DNA of 63,398 nt, filler included, from Globobulimina sp. (GCA_003354225.1; 52 parts of 52 records of this genome joined end to end with filler, not necessarily neighbours in it), one strand, 5' to 3'; numbered from the whole stretch's first letter, positions 50,079 through 62,178 are shown. Numbers and translations: made by a program. The notes: generated from the letters alone by a model not told the origin.

Positions 50079-51070
50079 TACCAGCAACTTTTTTCATCGA
50101 TTTTATTTGAGCGTATAATTCTCCATAAAGTGCATTTGTGACACAATAAATGCAAGGGAGCACAAACCACACTGTATACATTACTATTCACTGAAAAAGA
50201 TAACAATAAACAATTCGCATTCATCATACAATCCAATAACGACCAAAACATAGCAGGCGAAACATACAAATCTGAGGCTATTTGTGTCTGATATATTCCA
50301 CCAATAATATTAGTAACGGCGAAACATACAAATGTTGTACAGATCGCAAAAGAAACCAAAACTGTATTTTTAACCACCACAATAAATAAAGCCTCGTCAA
50401 ACATAGTGTTGGCAGTATCTGTATCTGTAACTGTTTCTGTATCTGGTTTGACTGTGCTATCTGTATTACTTTCGTCATTTTTTGAATGTTTAATAATCAT
50501 TATTTTCTCCAATTTGCCAATAAATAATATCATCAAAGTAATTGACAAAGTAATGTGCAGTGCGTAGTATAACAAACCAGTCAAAACAAACAAACTGAAG
50601 ACCCGGATAGCAGTAAAACATACGACTTGCAACACACTGCAGGTCACCAATAATACAGATAATACACATAAACCTCTCATGACACATCCAGCTGCGGGGA
50701 TTTGTAGAGTCGTTCCTTTAAATATATGCTGGATACGAATCACAAATACTAAGATCATCATCGTCTGCGCGAGCAACCACACACTCCATCCAATAGTGGC
50801 CGTAACAGATAGTAAGTGATTACTAATCATATTTGTATCATTCGATATTATTGCTATTGAGGTGGATGTAAAAAAAAATATTGCTGATACTGTGAACATT
50901 AGTACAGTTATGATACTCGCGGGGAAAATTATATGTTTCTTCATGGTTGCAATTGTAAATGAACCATACAGACTAAGAAGCAACTTACAATTTATCGGAA
51001 CTACCACCAACAACACCATTCCCATTGCAATTGCTGCAAATAAATCCAATTCGTTGGTTTTAAATGCCAT
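50079..51070 (-). CDS. Seven-TM receptor-like protein
   Basis: Seven hydrophobic segments, FVIRIQHIFKGT after TM3, a long loop before TM6, and DCMMNANCLLLSF..Y..C..H..C in and after TM7. Confidence 0.75.
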
Positions 51071-51299
51071 TTCAATTTACTGGCAATTTTTGCTGTTTAA
51101 AAAGTTTTATTAAATGGACTTTTCATGACAATGTTTCGAATTTTGGGGATTTTACCATCTGCTGTGCTGGTCATGTTTCATTTGATTGTTGGCCGGAANN
51201 NNNNNNNNNNNNNNNNNNNNNNNNNNNNNNNNNNNNNNNNNNTTAATTAATTAANNNNNNNNNNNNNNNNNNNNNNNNNNNNNNNNNNNNNNNNNNNNT

Positions 51300-51911
51300 G
51301 AAACTTTGGGTGACATCGTAGAAGCAATTAGAGCAGATCCAGGACTTGCTCAACGAGCACAACCGTGTTTGGATTTGACACAATTATGTTGCAATCAGTG
51401 TCGAAAGGGTAAACCATGTGTAATACAACTAGATGAAGTGCAAAAACCAGCTGGCACACAAAATATAACACGCGAAGTTATACGCAAACTCAATGATGGC
51501 ATGAATCAGAAGCTACACATGGAAAATTTAGGAACACCAATGACTGATGCACAAGCTTGGCCAAGAATTCCAATGACATTGGTACAGCAATATTTCCGAC
51601 GGTATGATGGTGAAGACTTGGGAGAAGACTATCAAATATACGGGAATATACAAGATGACGGTACCATTTCAATTGTGGCTCCACCACAGGGTCCAGTGTC
51701 AACAATTTCTGCTAATTCACAAGGAGCAGCGGGAGGTGAAACAACGTCATTTGCAGAATTCCGACGCCGAGCTAAGTGTTTAGATCATTCACAAGCTTGT
51801 TGCGATGAATGCAAACGAGGCGAACTATGTGTAGTGGTTCAAACTTATAGACGTAGATTAAGAGACAACAATCTACAAGATCTTAAAGATCGCCGACCAA
51901 ACAATTATTGA
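51300..51911 (+). CDS. Hypothetical protein with two C-x6-CC-x2-C-x5-C motifs
   Basis: CLDLTQLCCNQCRKGKPCV and CLDHSQACCDECKRGELCV. Confidence 0.6.
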   Translation, partial: ETLGDIVEAIRADPGLAQRAQPCLDLTQLCCNQCRKGKPCVIQLDEVQKPAGTQNITREVIRKLNDGMNQKLHMENLGTPMTDAQAWPRIPMTLVQQYFRRYDGEDLGEDYQIYGNIQDDGTISIVAPPQGPVSTISANSQGAAGGETTSFAEFRRRAKCLDHSQACCDECKRGELCVVVQTYRRRLRDNNLQDLKDRRPNNY

Positions 51912-53113
51912 AATGTATTAGGATATTTTTTTATGTTACTAATGATATTTTTTTTTGGTATTAGATTTAAGTAACGAAATATTTTCCTTTTTGCTGTTTG
52001 CAAATGTTTGTTTATTTTCAAATTAGGTTTATTTTGCAATTTAGGCTTACAAATGTTGTATTTTGTTGTTAAACAAGTAAAAAAAATAATTATAAGTCTG
52101 AAACTTTTTGTATGAATCCGTATGAATAGCGCAGTGCTAAGTTTGGTCACACTGTTGACTAGTGCTGTGGTGGACATATCTTAATGGGTTGCGAACTCCA
52201 TTTCTACAAACCTACTCTGCATACAGTACACATACAGTAAAGTAAAAATATCACGAGTAGTATAAACCATCAGAGCTAATGGCATGAGGATGGGGTCGAC
52301 ACCACTTTCATGTCCTTGGCGCTGTGGGTGTAAAACTACTGATTTTGGGTTACAACAAATAGGCAAATTCTACCTTTGCAAATATGCAAATTTTGGTTGT
52401 TGTTTCAGAAATTTTGGGNNNNNNNNNNNNNNNNNNNNNNNNNNNNNNNNNNNNNNNNNNNNTTAATTAATTAANNNNNNNNNNNNNNNNNNNNNNNNNN
52501 NNNNNNNNNNNNNNNNNNTATAATTTAAGAGCATAACAAATATTGACAATACCATTGCTACCGTTATCAATATATATAAGTACAACATATACTCTTTGTG
52601 ATCATATGATATCCAACATTCTATTTTATATTTCGTTTAAAACTATCATTTGGTATTAAGATACAGCCTAAAAACGCCACAACAAAGGAAAATATAAAAG
52701 GTACAATCTTCGGAAACGTTTCGTGGTTCTGGAGATATTGTCGACATGAAAATATGTAATGACAATCGGCCTGTCAGTGGATTGGCTCATTTATTGCGGA
52801 TCTGCAATGTGGAGCTTTTGGTGGTGTGGAACAGCTTTGTGAAGGTTTTCGAACTGCGCATCCAAGCGTTTTCATGTTTAACATTAAATGCTCGACATTA
52901 AAAACTTTACCTCTGTAATGTCCAGCATGCAGTCATCTTCTCGTTCGTCTGAAAGTGAATGCGAACCGCAAAGTCAGTCATTGGATGATTGTGAATTTCA
53001 AATGCAATCTCAATCCAATGCCCAGTCATCAAACTCCTGCCTAGCTCAAGTAGAGCACTGGATAGATATATCCAGAAGATTCAGGTTCAAAGCCTGAGGC
53101 GGCTCCAACAAAT

Positions 53114-53290
53114 TATTTATATTATTATGGGTATTTATTTTAATTTGGGTGTTTTATTATGGGTTATTATGAGTATTTATTATGGTTTTATGGTTATTTA
53201 TTATGGTTTATTATGGGTATTATGGGTATATTATTATGGTATTTATTATGGTTTATTATGGGTGTTATTATGGCCATGTTATTATGGTCA
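53114..53290. repeat. Degenerate (TTATTATGG)n tract
   Basis: Directly visible; accounts for the spurious LLW repeats in the 53159 ORF. Confidence 0.85.
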
Positions 53291-53921
53291 AAGCATAAGA
53301 AACTGAGCCAGTTTGATGAGACCGACACGTTGGAGCAGGCCATGAATATCCAAATGAGTCCGCATAACCCCCTCCAACCAGCAATGATTATTTTTTATGC
53401 GCAAACCATAATACTTTCAAATGAAAAGAACAAATTAGAAGACGCCTTGTTATGTTTAAAGAAATTAATGATAAAAAAGCAAGCAAAGCGTGGGACGCAT
53501 TGCGCAGAGGAATCCAATATCAAATCGTGGTGCACCATTTACAAGCATGTGGTCCGCGGAGTGCATCGCAAGTTATTAACAATTATTTCCCACAGAATCT
53601 CGACAATGACAAAGATCACAAGTTCCGAAATAAATTGGNNNNNNNNNNNNNNNNNNNNNNNNNNNNNNNNNNNNNNNNNNNNTTAATTAATTAANNNNNN
53701 NNNNNNNNNNNNNNNNNNNNNNNNNNNNNNNNNNNNNNCTAAGAAAAAGTTAGTTGACAGGTGTCAATTGTGACTCTGTTAATGTTTTCCGAACAATGTT
53801 TTAAAGATAAATGTGACTGAAGCGAAGCAAGTTTTAAAGATACTTCAAATCTAAATCTACATCCTTATAAATATCTTTGTTCTCCAGCCTATAGCAGTTC
53901 GAAACAATTCGAATCTCATAA

Positions 53922-54765
53922 ATGAGCATAATTATTCCATCAAGCAAAGCAGAACAAAGACGGGTTGTACGAAACCCCAAAACTGGCAGAAAAAAGACAT
54001 CCATAGGTATTCATTGTAAATACTTTAATATGTACTGTGAAACACTAAGTTATATTTGCATAACATACAGCATGTCATCGGTGTTGGAAATCTAAAACAA
54101 GGTATACGCATTATATAAAAATGTTACATATGCACAATTTACATATAACACATCGTATATCATATTTGCGCGAAAACATATATCGGAACTCCATTTTATA
54201 CATTTATATAGATGCAGTATCAAAAGACCCTGCCAACGATGTACGCGCTTAGGCCATGGCGACGACTGTCACGATCGAGCAGAAAATACACGAAAAAGAC
54301 AGCATACCAACAAAACTAAAAAAGTGAATCACAAAATCAAAACCAACACAACCAACAGCAACAATTACATAAATGGCGATGGTCATTCTTCCAATTCCTG
54401 TTCATTAGAATCGGTCACTACCAATAATACGATGGCCAGCTATCATAGTTTACAATTTAATGAGTTACAATTACCGCCGATTATTACTCCCATTACGCCC
54501 ATCAATGTCCCTTTTAACATAAATAATATGTACTTCCATCCCTTACCAGTGCCCGCATTGCAATTACAATTGCCACTGCCATCGATATTTAATAAACACG
54601 CACAGCAAAACGAAGCAGATAGCAGTAACACGAAGGAAATGGTGAAGAAGAAACGGAAGAAAATGAAAAAAGAGCCCTGTGATAAAGAAGAGGTAGGTTA
54701 TAATTGCGATGATGTTGGCAGTGATGATGAAAAGCCACCGGTTAAAAAACGAAAATTGTCCAAAG
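53922..54765 (+). CDS. Zn(II)2Cys6 (GAL4-type) transcription factor, at least three exons
   Basis: Introns 54007-54070 and 54102-54211 give KKTSIACHRCWKSKTRCSIKRPCQRCTRLGHGDDCHDR (C-x2-C-x6-C-x5-C-x2-C-x8-C), in frame with the 54324 ORF. Confidence 0.88.
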
Positions 54766-54958
54766 GTATTTATAGCGATATATGTGGGTCAAATATAAAT
54801 ATATGTGGTGTCAAATATGTAATGTACATAAATTTATATACAATTACAATAAAAACATNNNNNNNNNNNNNNNNNNNNNNNNNNNNNNNNNNNNNNNNNN
54901 NNTTAATTAATTAANNNNNNNNNNNNNNNNNNNNNNNNNNNNNNNNNNNNNNNNNNNN

Positions 54959-55514
54959 GTCGTCGAGCAATCATATTTTTTATTCTTTCTCTTGTTTTGC
55001 ATTCAGTTGTCTTAATATTTAAATTGTTTCTATTTAATGTATCAATATATTTCCACACAACATCGACTAATTTAGATAAGTCTTTATCTTTGCATTCCAG
55101 ACCAATATCATTTGAATCTGTTGGCTTATGAACTGTGCATTTTCTGATAGCTTCAACATCATCATATTGCTCACTGATTACATTGTTTGTTGGTGGACCA
55201 ATTTGTTGCGTTAATCTGAACATTTTATCGATACTTTGATGGATATTATGTTGATTCTTAGATTGAATATTTTTTAATGCCTCGAGATTAAATTGTAATG
55301 CAGCAATTTGTTTTTGTAAGAAATGATTTTTATCAGCTTTCTCCTGTAATAATTTTATCTTTTGTTCATCAGATTTTCTAAATTCTGTAATTGAAACAGT
55401 TAAATCGTTTTGCAACGATTGAATCTCAGATTGATCAGTGTTCCGCTGTTGTTCAAGAAGTTTAATGACAGCATCTTTTACTTCAATTTGATCCTTAATG
55501 TCTGACAACATCAC
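54959..55514 (-). CDS. Coiled-coil hypothetical protein, partial
   Basis: Open frame to the contig end with heptad character. Confidence 0.55.
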
Positions 55515-56309
55515 ACATTTGTATTCAAATATTGAATTTATGATAAAAATAGATTTGCTGATATTAATAGCAATGATAAATTCATAATTTACATTTGTTT
55601 TTAGAAAAATCTTAATTTACATTTGTTTTAAATCACATAGCTCGTCTTCGTATTATATGCGATCAAAGCGAGGCATTTATTAGTTGGAGAATAAATTGTA
55701 TCACGTGGTTCGTCTTCGTATTATATGGGAGCGAAGCGAGCCATTTCTTAGGTGATGATAGCTGAATGAGAGCTTCTTTACTGCGTTATTTTTGGATATT
55801 GAGGAATACAGTCAGTTGCGGCATAAGGCGCACAAACAGTTGTTGCGGAATATTGTTTAAACATTAATTTGCGATTATTGATTTTTTATCAACCAATTTA
55901 CAATGTAACATTGCAAAAATAAATAAATAATAATGATAAAAAAAATGAGATGAAATTTGTTATCTTTTTCTTTTTTTACGTTTATTATTTTTATCATACT
56001 TATCCTTTCGATCACTTTTATGTTTTATATCTTTTCTTTCTGAGACATCTGAATCTGATTCACTTTCATTCTCCGCTTNNNNNNNNNNNNNNNNNNNNNN
56101 NNNNNNNNNNNNNNNNNNNNNNTTAATTAATTAANNNNNNNNNNNNNNNNNNNNNNNNNNNNNNNNNNNNNNNNNNNNGATCTGGGCATTCCATTATTGT
56201 TTGATCCATATTTTGTTGCTGTTTATTATGTGTTTTGTATTCAAATAAATAGATAAAAACATATAAAAACTTAACTATTATCAAAAATGACAACTTTTTG
56301 ATCGTCGGA

Positions 56310-56773
56310 CTTGGGCGAAAACACCCATTTAATCCTAATATCATCGCCACTTTATCGGCAATGAACTGTTCGTCGTCCGCATACTCCAAAAAATCCCTTA
56401 TTTCCTCTGCTTTGAAGACCGGTGCCTTTTTCACAACTTTTCCCTCCGCATAACGCTTTAACCATTGCTTTGCTTGAAACCATTGATCTGTTTTAATATT
56501 ATACTTTGCCAATAATACCGCTTTAATGCCACTATAATACGTATACATAGACGTAAATGCGGCTCCTTTGTCGCTCATCGTCTCGAACCACATCATCACC
56601 GTCGTCTCGTTATATGTCAATCGATATTGACCCACAAAATCGTGATATTTCTTAAAGTGTTTCTCGTATGATTCGGCACTCGCTGTTGGTAATAAATTTG
56701 ACTTCGAACGTTTGTAATATCCATTTAATGCATCATTTGCATATTTCTTTTCATTTACGTCTATCGGCTGCAT
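56310..56773 (-). mobile_element. Crypton-like tyrosine recombinase, N-terminal half, truncated after the first catalytic Arg
   Basis: LLP..S..YEK.F..Y..F..E..VM.WF..M..S..YSGIK..LK....G...KKAPVF..EEI..FL..ADD...KVAMILGLNGCFR. Confidence 0.7.
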
Positions 56774-57814
56774 ATTTACGTTTTTATGTTAACAATCAAA
56801 CTGTGCACCCAAAGCACTTCAAAGCATAAACGTTGCTAAAGATAATTGTATAACAATCTGGATATATTAAAACAACACTATTTAGGATGTCAACCAAAAT
56901 GAAATATTTGGCAATGGTATCAATTAAATTTGAATGCAAAATCAAACAAACATCCACATAATAATTAGATTAATATTGTATTATTACAAAAAGAAAAACA
57001 AACAAACAAACAAGCAAAAAACAAACAAATTTTATTATTGTCTTATTAGTATTATAAGTATTATAAACATATTATTTAAAACTTAATGATATTCATTATA
57101 TATTTGAACATCGCCAATATTTCTATTGGCATTATTATTATTATTATTCGCTGCTTTTGTTTGTTTGTCAAGAAAAAAATTGTTTTTGAGTTGTACAAAG
57201 TGTAATATTATGTTTTGACACACGAAATTTGGCACACAGATAGTTTTTTTGCTAAAGGAATTTACTTAAGGATTCATCTAAGAGTTATGCATACAAAANN
57301 NNNNNNNNNNNNNNNNNNNNNNNNNNNNNNNNNNNNNNNNNNTTAATTAATTAANNNNNNNNNNNNNNNNNNNNNNNNNNNNNNNNNNNNNNNNNNNNGA
57401 TTGCAAATAAAGTAAATAGAGAACGAGGCGATTTATTAAAAAAATTGGAAAAACAGAGATTGGAGTCATTGGAAGCAAGTAAATCGAAAAAAAAAACAAA
57501 TAAAAGAGGGACAAAAAAAATGGAGAAAACAAAGGAACACCAACTGCTAAGAAAAGAAAAGTTGATAATGATCAACATGGAACGAATGATAATGCGCAAA
57601 GTAACATAGACAAACAGTAAGTTTCTAAATTTTCTTTTTCCGTTCGCTTTCTATATCAATTTGTATATACAAATACATTTCCGACAGTAAGTGCGAAAGT
57701 TTTCATGGTCAACTTAAACAGAGTCGATATTCAGAATCCGATTGGTTCAGAGAGCAATTATATTCATTTGTATTTTACAATACAAACAAACAAAAACTAA
57801 ATCTGAAAGATGCT

Positions 57815-58518
57815 GTGCAATTTTTAAAAACCTCAAATTGTAGCTGGTCAGAATTTAATTTACAAAAAATATTTCTTAAAATAAAAAACAAAGCATTGAT
57901 TGATACATATTTCGATCCACCGATATTTCTTAAAACAGATTGTTACAAAACACAAAAGCAAAAAGCGAAAAAAATTGTACATGATTTATTACATCAAAGC
58001 ACAAACGAAAATGTATCTGCAATATTAAATAATATCCATAAAATTCCAGAATTACCAGATAAACTTAAAACGTTTCCAATTGTTGATTGTATTGATACGA
58101 TCCATGAATTACAATCAGTTTTATCATCATTGAAATCAGATACATCTGCAAATGGACAAATTCAAAAAGAAATATTATTATCAGCAATGTGTAAATTGGG
58201 TGCAGACGGAAAATGTAGTAATTCATCAATATTAGGTTTATGTTGTCCTGATTCATTTAAAAGAGATTTATTTCTTAAACCACGTACGCTAAAACTAAAT
58301 GTTGATTATAAATGTACAAAATTATTTTCAGATAAAAAAATAAATAAATTTGTGGTGCCATCTGAGATATATGATCATGCCTGTAATTTCTGGTTAGATT
58401 CAACGCATCCTAACCCAAATCCATCTAAAACGCGTATTATTTATGATCGTAAAAATAAAACAAAATCCATTCATGCCCAACATATCTGTTATGATACATA
58501 TAAATCCATTTATGAAGA
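57815..58518 (+). CDS. Hypothetical protein, possibly the N-terminal region of a Sola2-like transposase
   Basis: NFWLDST.PNPN..KT....H.QHI..DTY..IYE resembles a pre-catalytic motif as I recall it. No DDE residues are in the contig. Confidence 0.35.
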
Positions 58519-58618
58519 NNNNNNNNNNNNNNNNNNNNNNNNNNNNNNNNNNNNNNNNNNNNTTAATTAATTAANNNNNNNNNNNNNNNNNNNNNNNNNN
58601 NNNNNNNNNNNNNNNNNN

Positions 58619-59283
58619 ATAATCAGTATTCTTGGTCGATCAGGAAATTCAAATACTTCCTATCATAAATTATATCTGTATATGTTTATTGTAGATCTAT
58701 AGCTAAATATAGTTATAACTTCAGCTAATTGTTGTGCAGTTAATTTAAATCCATTTTCTTTTTCTGTGTGAATCCATTTTATTCTTCTGCCAATAATATT
58801 TGCTTGCGGTGCATAGGAGACCCATGATGGAGATGGTAATACTAAATCTGCGGAATATGCTAACTGTAAAATAAATAAATTTTCTTTTGATCCTGGCGAC
58901 ACAGAGACATTCTCAGCATTGTAATTCAAACCATGTTCTTGTGAGTATACTCTTGCTACACACTCTTGCAATTCTGGCAAGCCTTTAACTGGTAAATAAT
59001 ATTTTTTATCTGCATTTAAAACCAATCTCTGTTGTACACATTGTGGTGGTGGGAATGGTGATGCACCAAAACCCATTCTGGATACTTTACGGCCTTCATT
59101 TACTAATTTCATCTGCAATTCGTTCACATCTAATGATGGTGATACACGCATTCCGACAAGATTTGAATTCAATATTGGCAATGGACCAATCTCTGTTGAG
59201 ACACACCTTTTATTCGACAATAATGATGCCGTTATTCTATGTTTGCTTGATGGCATATATCGGAATTTGGTAAGGGAATACAT
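58619..59283 (-). CDS. PLP-dependent class I/II aminotransferase with mitochondrial-type presequence, partial
   Basis: MGFGASPFPPP..YLPVKGLPEL..PGSKE..PSPSWVSYAPQA; intron 58660-58719 gives AE|EVFEFPDRPRILI. Confidence 0.88.
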
Positions 59284-59838
59284 GCTTATTTATCCCTACA
59301 AAAAGCAAAAATTTAACTCAAAACTAAAAATTTTTCTTCTATATAAAAACAATAACTTACTAACACGTTGCTGATATTGACTTGTTATCATAAACCTACG
59401 ATAAGGGGTTGTTCTTATATTGCGCAATATAAGAACAACCACTAACTGTCACCATCAATTCAATTCACTATCCTCAATATTATCATTTAATTTCTATCTA
59501 CTTATTCAAAATGCTTTATTTTTAAAATCCAATGTATCATTATACACAATTGCAGATAACACTATTTTCCGAAAAAGTCACAAAATCACAAATGATCTGG
59601 CATCAAAGTAATGGAGTGATTTAAATGATCTCATAAGGTCTATTTTTTTTTAAAATGATGACCATCATTCAACGAAATCTGAAATAACTATGACGGTCAT
59701 TTAACGATTTTCTACTAATTTAATATGATTTAATAATANNNNNNNNNNNNNNNNNNNNNNNNNNNNNNNNNNNNNNNNNNNNTTAATTAATTAANNNNNN
59801 NNNNNNNNNNNNNNNNNNNNNNNNNNNNNNNNNNNNNN

Positions 59839-60958
59839 ATATGTTGATCCATTGTTAGCCCTTATGCCTCCATATCATTTCTATTCAAATTTAGATCTTC
59901 CTTTGTTGTTATATTTGCTCCGTTTTCCAATAAATCCTTCATAGTATCCTTTAGGCCTTGGTCTGGATGTCCAATTTTGCCCGTTTTCCCATCGTGTAAT
60001 CCATTTAATGATTTCATGAATCTATCCGTGGGTAGTTCCCATTTTGGTGGCGACTTCGGAGGTTTTGCTGTTTTCCAACTCTCGTAAAAACTTCTTACTT
60101 TTTTGTTGTTTGCTACTTTCGGGTGCGTGCTTTTATATTTCTTCTGCTGTTTATATGTCAAAAACAAGGACTGGTTTAGTTATAGCTTTTCAATTGTCTT
60201 AAAAACCCGAAATTCAAAAAATAAAAAACAAGACATAAATAAGTGCATTGTACATAAACGTACAACGCCAGTTTTAAGCGGAACGAACTACTTTATCTGC
60301 AAGCTCACTCTCAGTTATTTCGATAGTTAAATCGTCTCAATTCCTATTATTCCGATTATGCGCAGGCATTGCATATCTTTGTGCGTTCGGCAATGGTGGC
60401 GCTGAATGTGCAGCATTCATATTTTGTTGATATTGCGCTGGTGGCGCATTCCAATTTGTATACATTTGGTTATATGCATTCTGATTCTGATCGTTATATC
60501 TTGGCCGCTTTCGATTTTTTAACGGATTGGGTTTATGTTTGTGTTGCCCGCAGGCTCCGTTTAAATGATATCCTTTGTTACAATCCGCGTTATATTGCCA
60601 ATCCACACATCCTCGCGGTTTCTTGTCATGTTTACATCGGTTTGAGTGCGTTTTATCTGCTTTTCCACCGCCGCCAAAGAGTAATACTTTTGGATTCATG
60701 GCCTTTTTCTTTTGCAAACTGTCCAATAACTCATCGATTTTATCGTTGTCTGTCTCATCATATCTCAATTTAGTCATTTCCTTCCATGGCAAATTCATTT
60801 CTTTTTCCTCCAATTTCCGAATCAATGATGCTTTTAATTCATTGATCTTCATTTCATTGCTCATTTTCATGGCTTCCTTTTGTTGCTCAATTTTATTTAT
60901 CACTCTTTGCAATATTTTCTGCACTTTTCGCCGTGCTCCGGATAACTCAAAGAATTCC
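59839..60958 (-). mobile_element. Possible DIRS/Ngaro-like retroelement: gag with CCCH finger followed by a degenerate pre-RT region
   Basis: CVDWQYNADCNKGYHLNGACGQHKH in the upstream ORF; HPDQGL..DLLENGANI in the downstream ORF, which has in-frame stops. Confidence 0.4.
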
Positions 60959-61058
60959 NNNNNNNNNNNNNNNNNNNNNNNNNNNNNNNNNNNNNNNNNN
61001 NNTTAATTAATTAANNNNNNNNNNNNNNNNNNNNNNNNNNNNNNNNNNNNNNNNNNNN

Positions 61059-61244
61059 AATGTTTGTTAATAAATTGTTTATTGAATGTACTGCGGGCGA
61101 TTTGATGAAAAATTGAAATAATGCGGCATTAACCATATTATTATTAGTTGCATCGTTTGCTAATTTATTAAAGAAATGTTTCGTTTCAGTTTGAGTTAAC
61201 TGGGCTGATAACTGTCTAAATTGTACGGCTGCAGCGAGAGACAT
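61059..61244 (-). CDS. Hypothetical protein N-terminus
   Basis: ATG 61244 open to the contig end. Confidence 0.5.
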
Positions 61245-61302
61245 GGTCGCTTAAAGTGATTGACTAAACTTCCAGATAGTTTTCGTATGCTAGTGTCTAC
61301 AG

Positions 61303-62178
61303 ATGAGAAAGCATGTAAGTTTCTGTAAGATCCAACGTAGATTATTTACATCAACCAAACTAAGAAGTAAATTACCAGCGTTAAATAGGCAGAATCACAT
61401 TGAAAATGTTGCCATAGTCAACAAACTGTCAAATTTCAAGCATAAAAAAGCACCAATATCTCGAAGCATACTGTACATCCAGAGATCAGAGCAGCTATCA
61501 ATAGACATTTTTGCTTTATCGTAAAAATCTATTTTCTAAGGAAAAAAACTGATTTTTTCTGTTTAAAAACAGATTTTTAAGATAAAGCAAAAATGCCTAA
61601 TGAGTGCAAGGATTCATATAAAGTGTTAAATACTGTTCGAATGCACAGCCAAACAATTAAACATAGTGCAGTCTATGGAATGGCAATTCGAAAATGTCAA
61701 AGATGTCACAAAAAGAAAACAGTGTTTATTGGAAACATTCAAAAGAAATTATGGATATATTCCTATCATCGCATATCATCGGAGATATAGTTTTGTTTAA
61801 TAATTTTTTTGATTGTTTGGCTCAATTATTTTAACATTATGAGAACAAACTACAACTACATCATCCCAGATAGCATCCTATTTTCTGTTCTCATCAAAGG
61901 CTGCAGATTACAATCAAAATATGAATTGGCCTTAAAATATTGGACAATAATGACCGTTGAATATGATTTAGAACCAAACTCCTATTCCTATAGCGATTTC
62001 AACAAAATATGATTTAGAACCAAATGATTTAGAACCAAAATATGATTTCAGTTTGTGCGGTTAGCTGTAAACTGCAAAGGGCACAGCATGTATTTGAGAA
62101 ATATTTGATCGGCTTACAATTGTACTGTAAAAAAAAAATATTGGAAAAAAAAAATATATTTTTTTTTACAAATGCAAA
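61303..62178 (+). pseudogene. PPR protein with mitochondrial-type presequence, disrupted or misassembled
   Basis: IPDSILFSVLIKGC..ELALKYW..M..YDLEPNSYSYS..MISVCA..QRAQHVFE; interrupted by a triplicated ATGATTTAGAACCAAA. Confidence 0.6.

Noticed and set aside
53159..53290. Hydrophobic LLWF-repeat membrane segment
   Set aside because: Translation of a TTATTATGG microsatellite.
56179..60958. Tyrosine recombinase and DIRS-like contigs as one element
   Set aside because: They are separate contigs, near each other only because of length sorting, and the YR looks Crypton-like.
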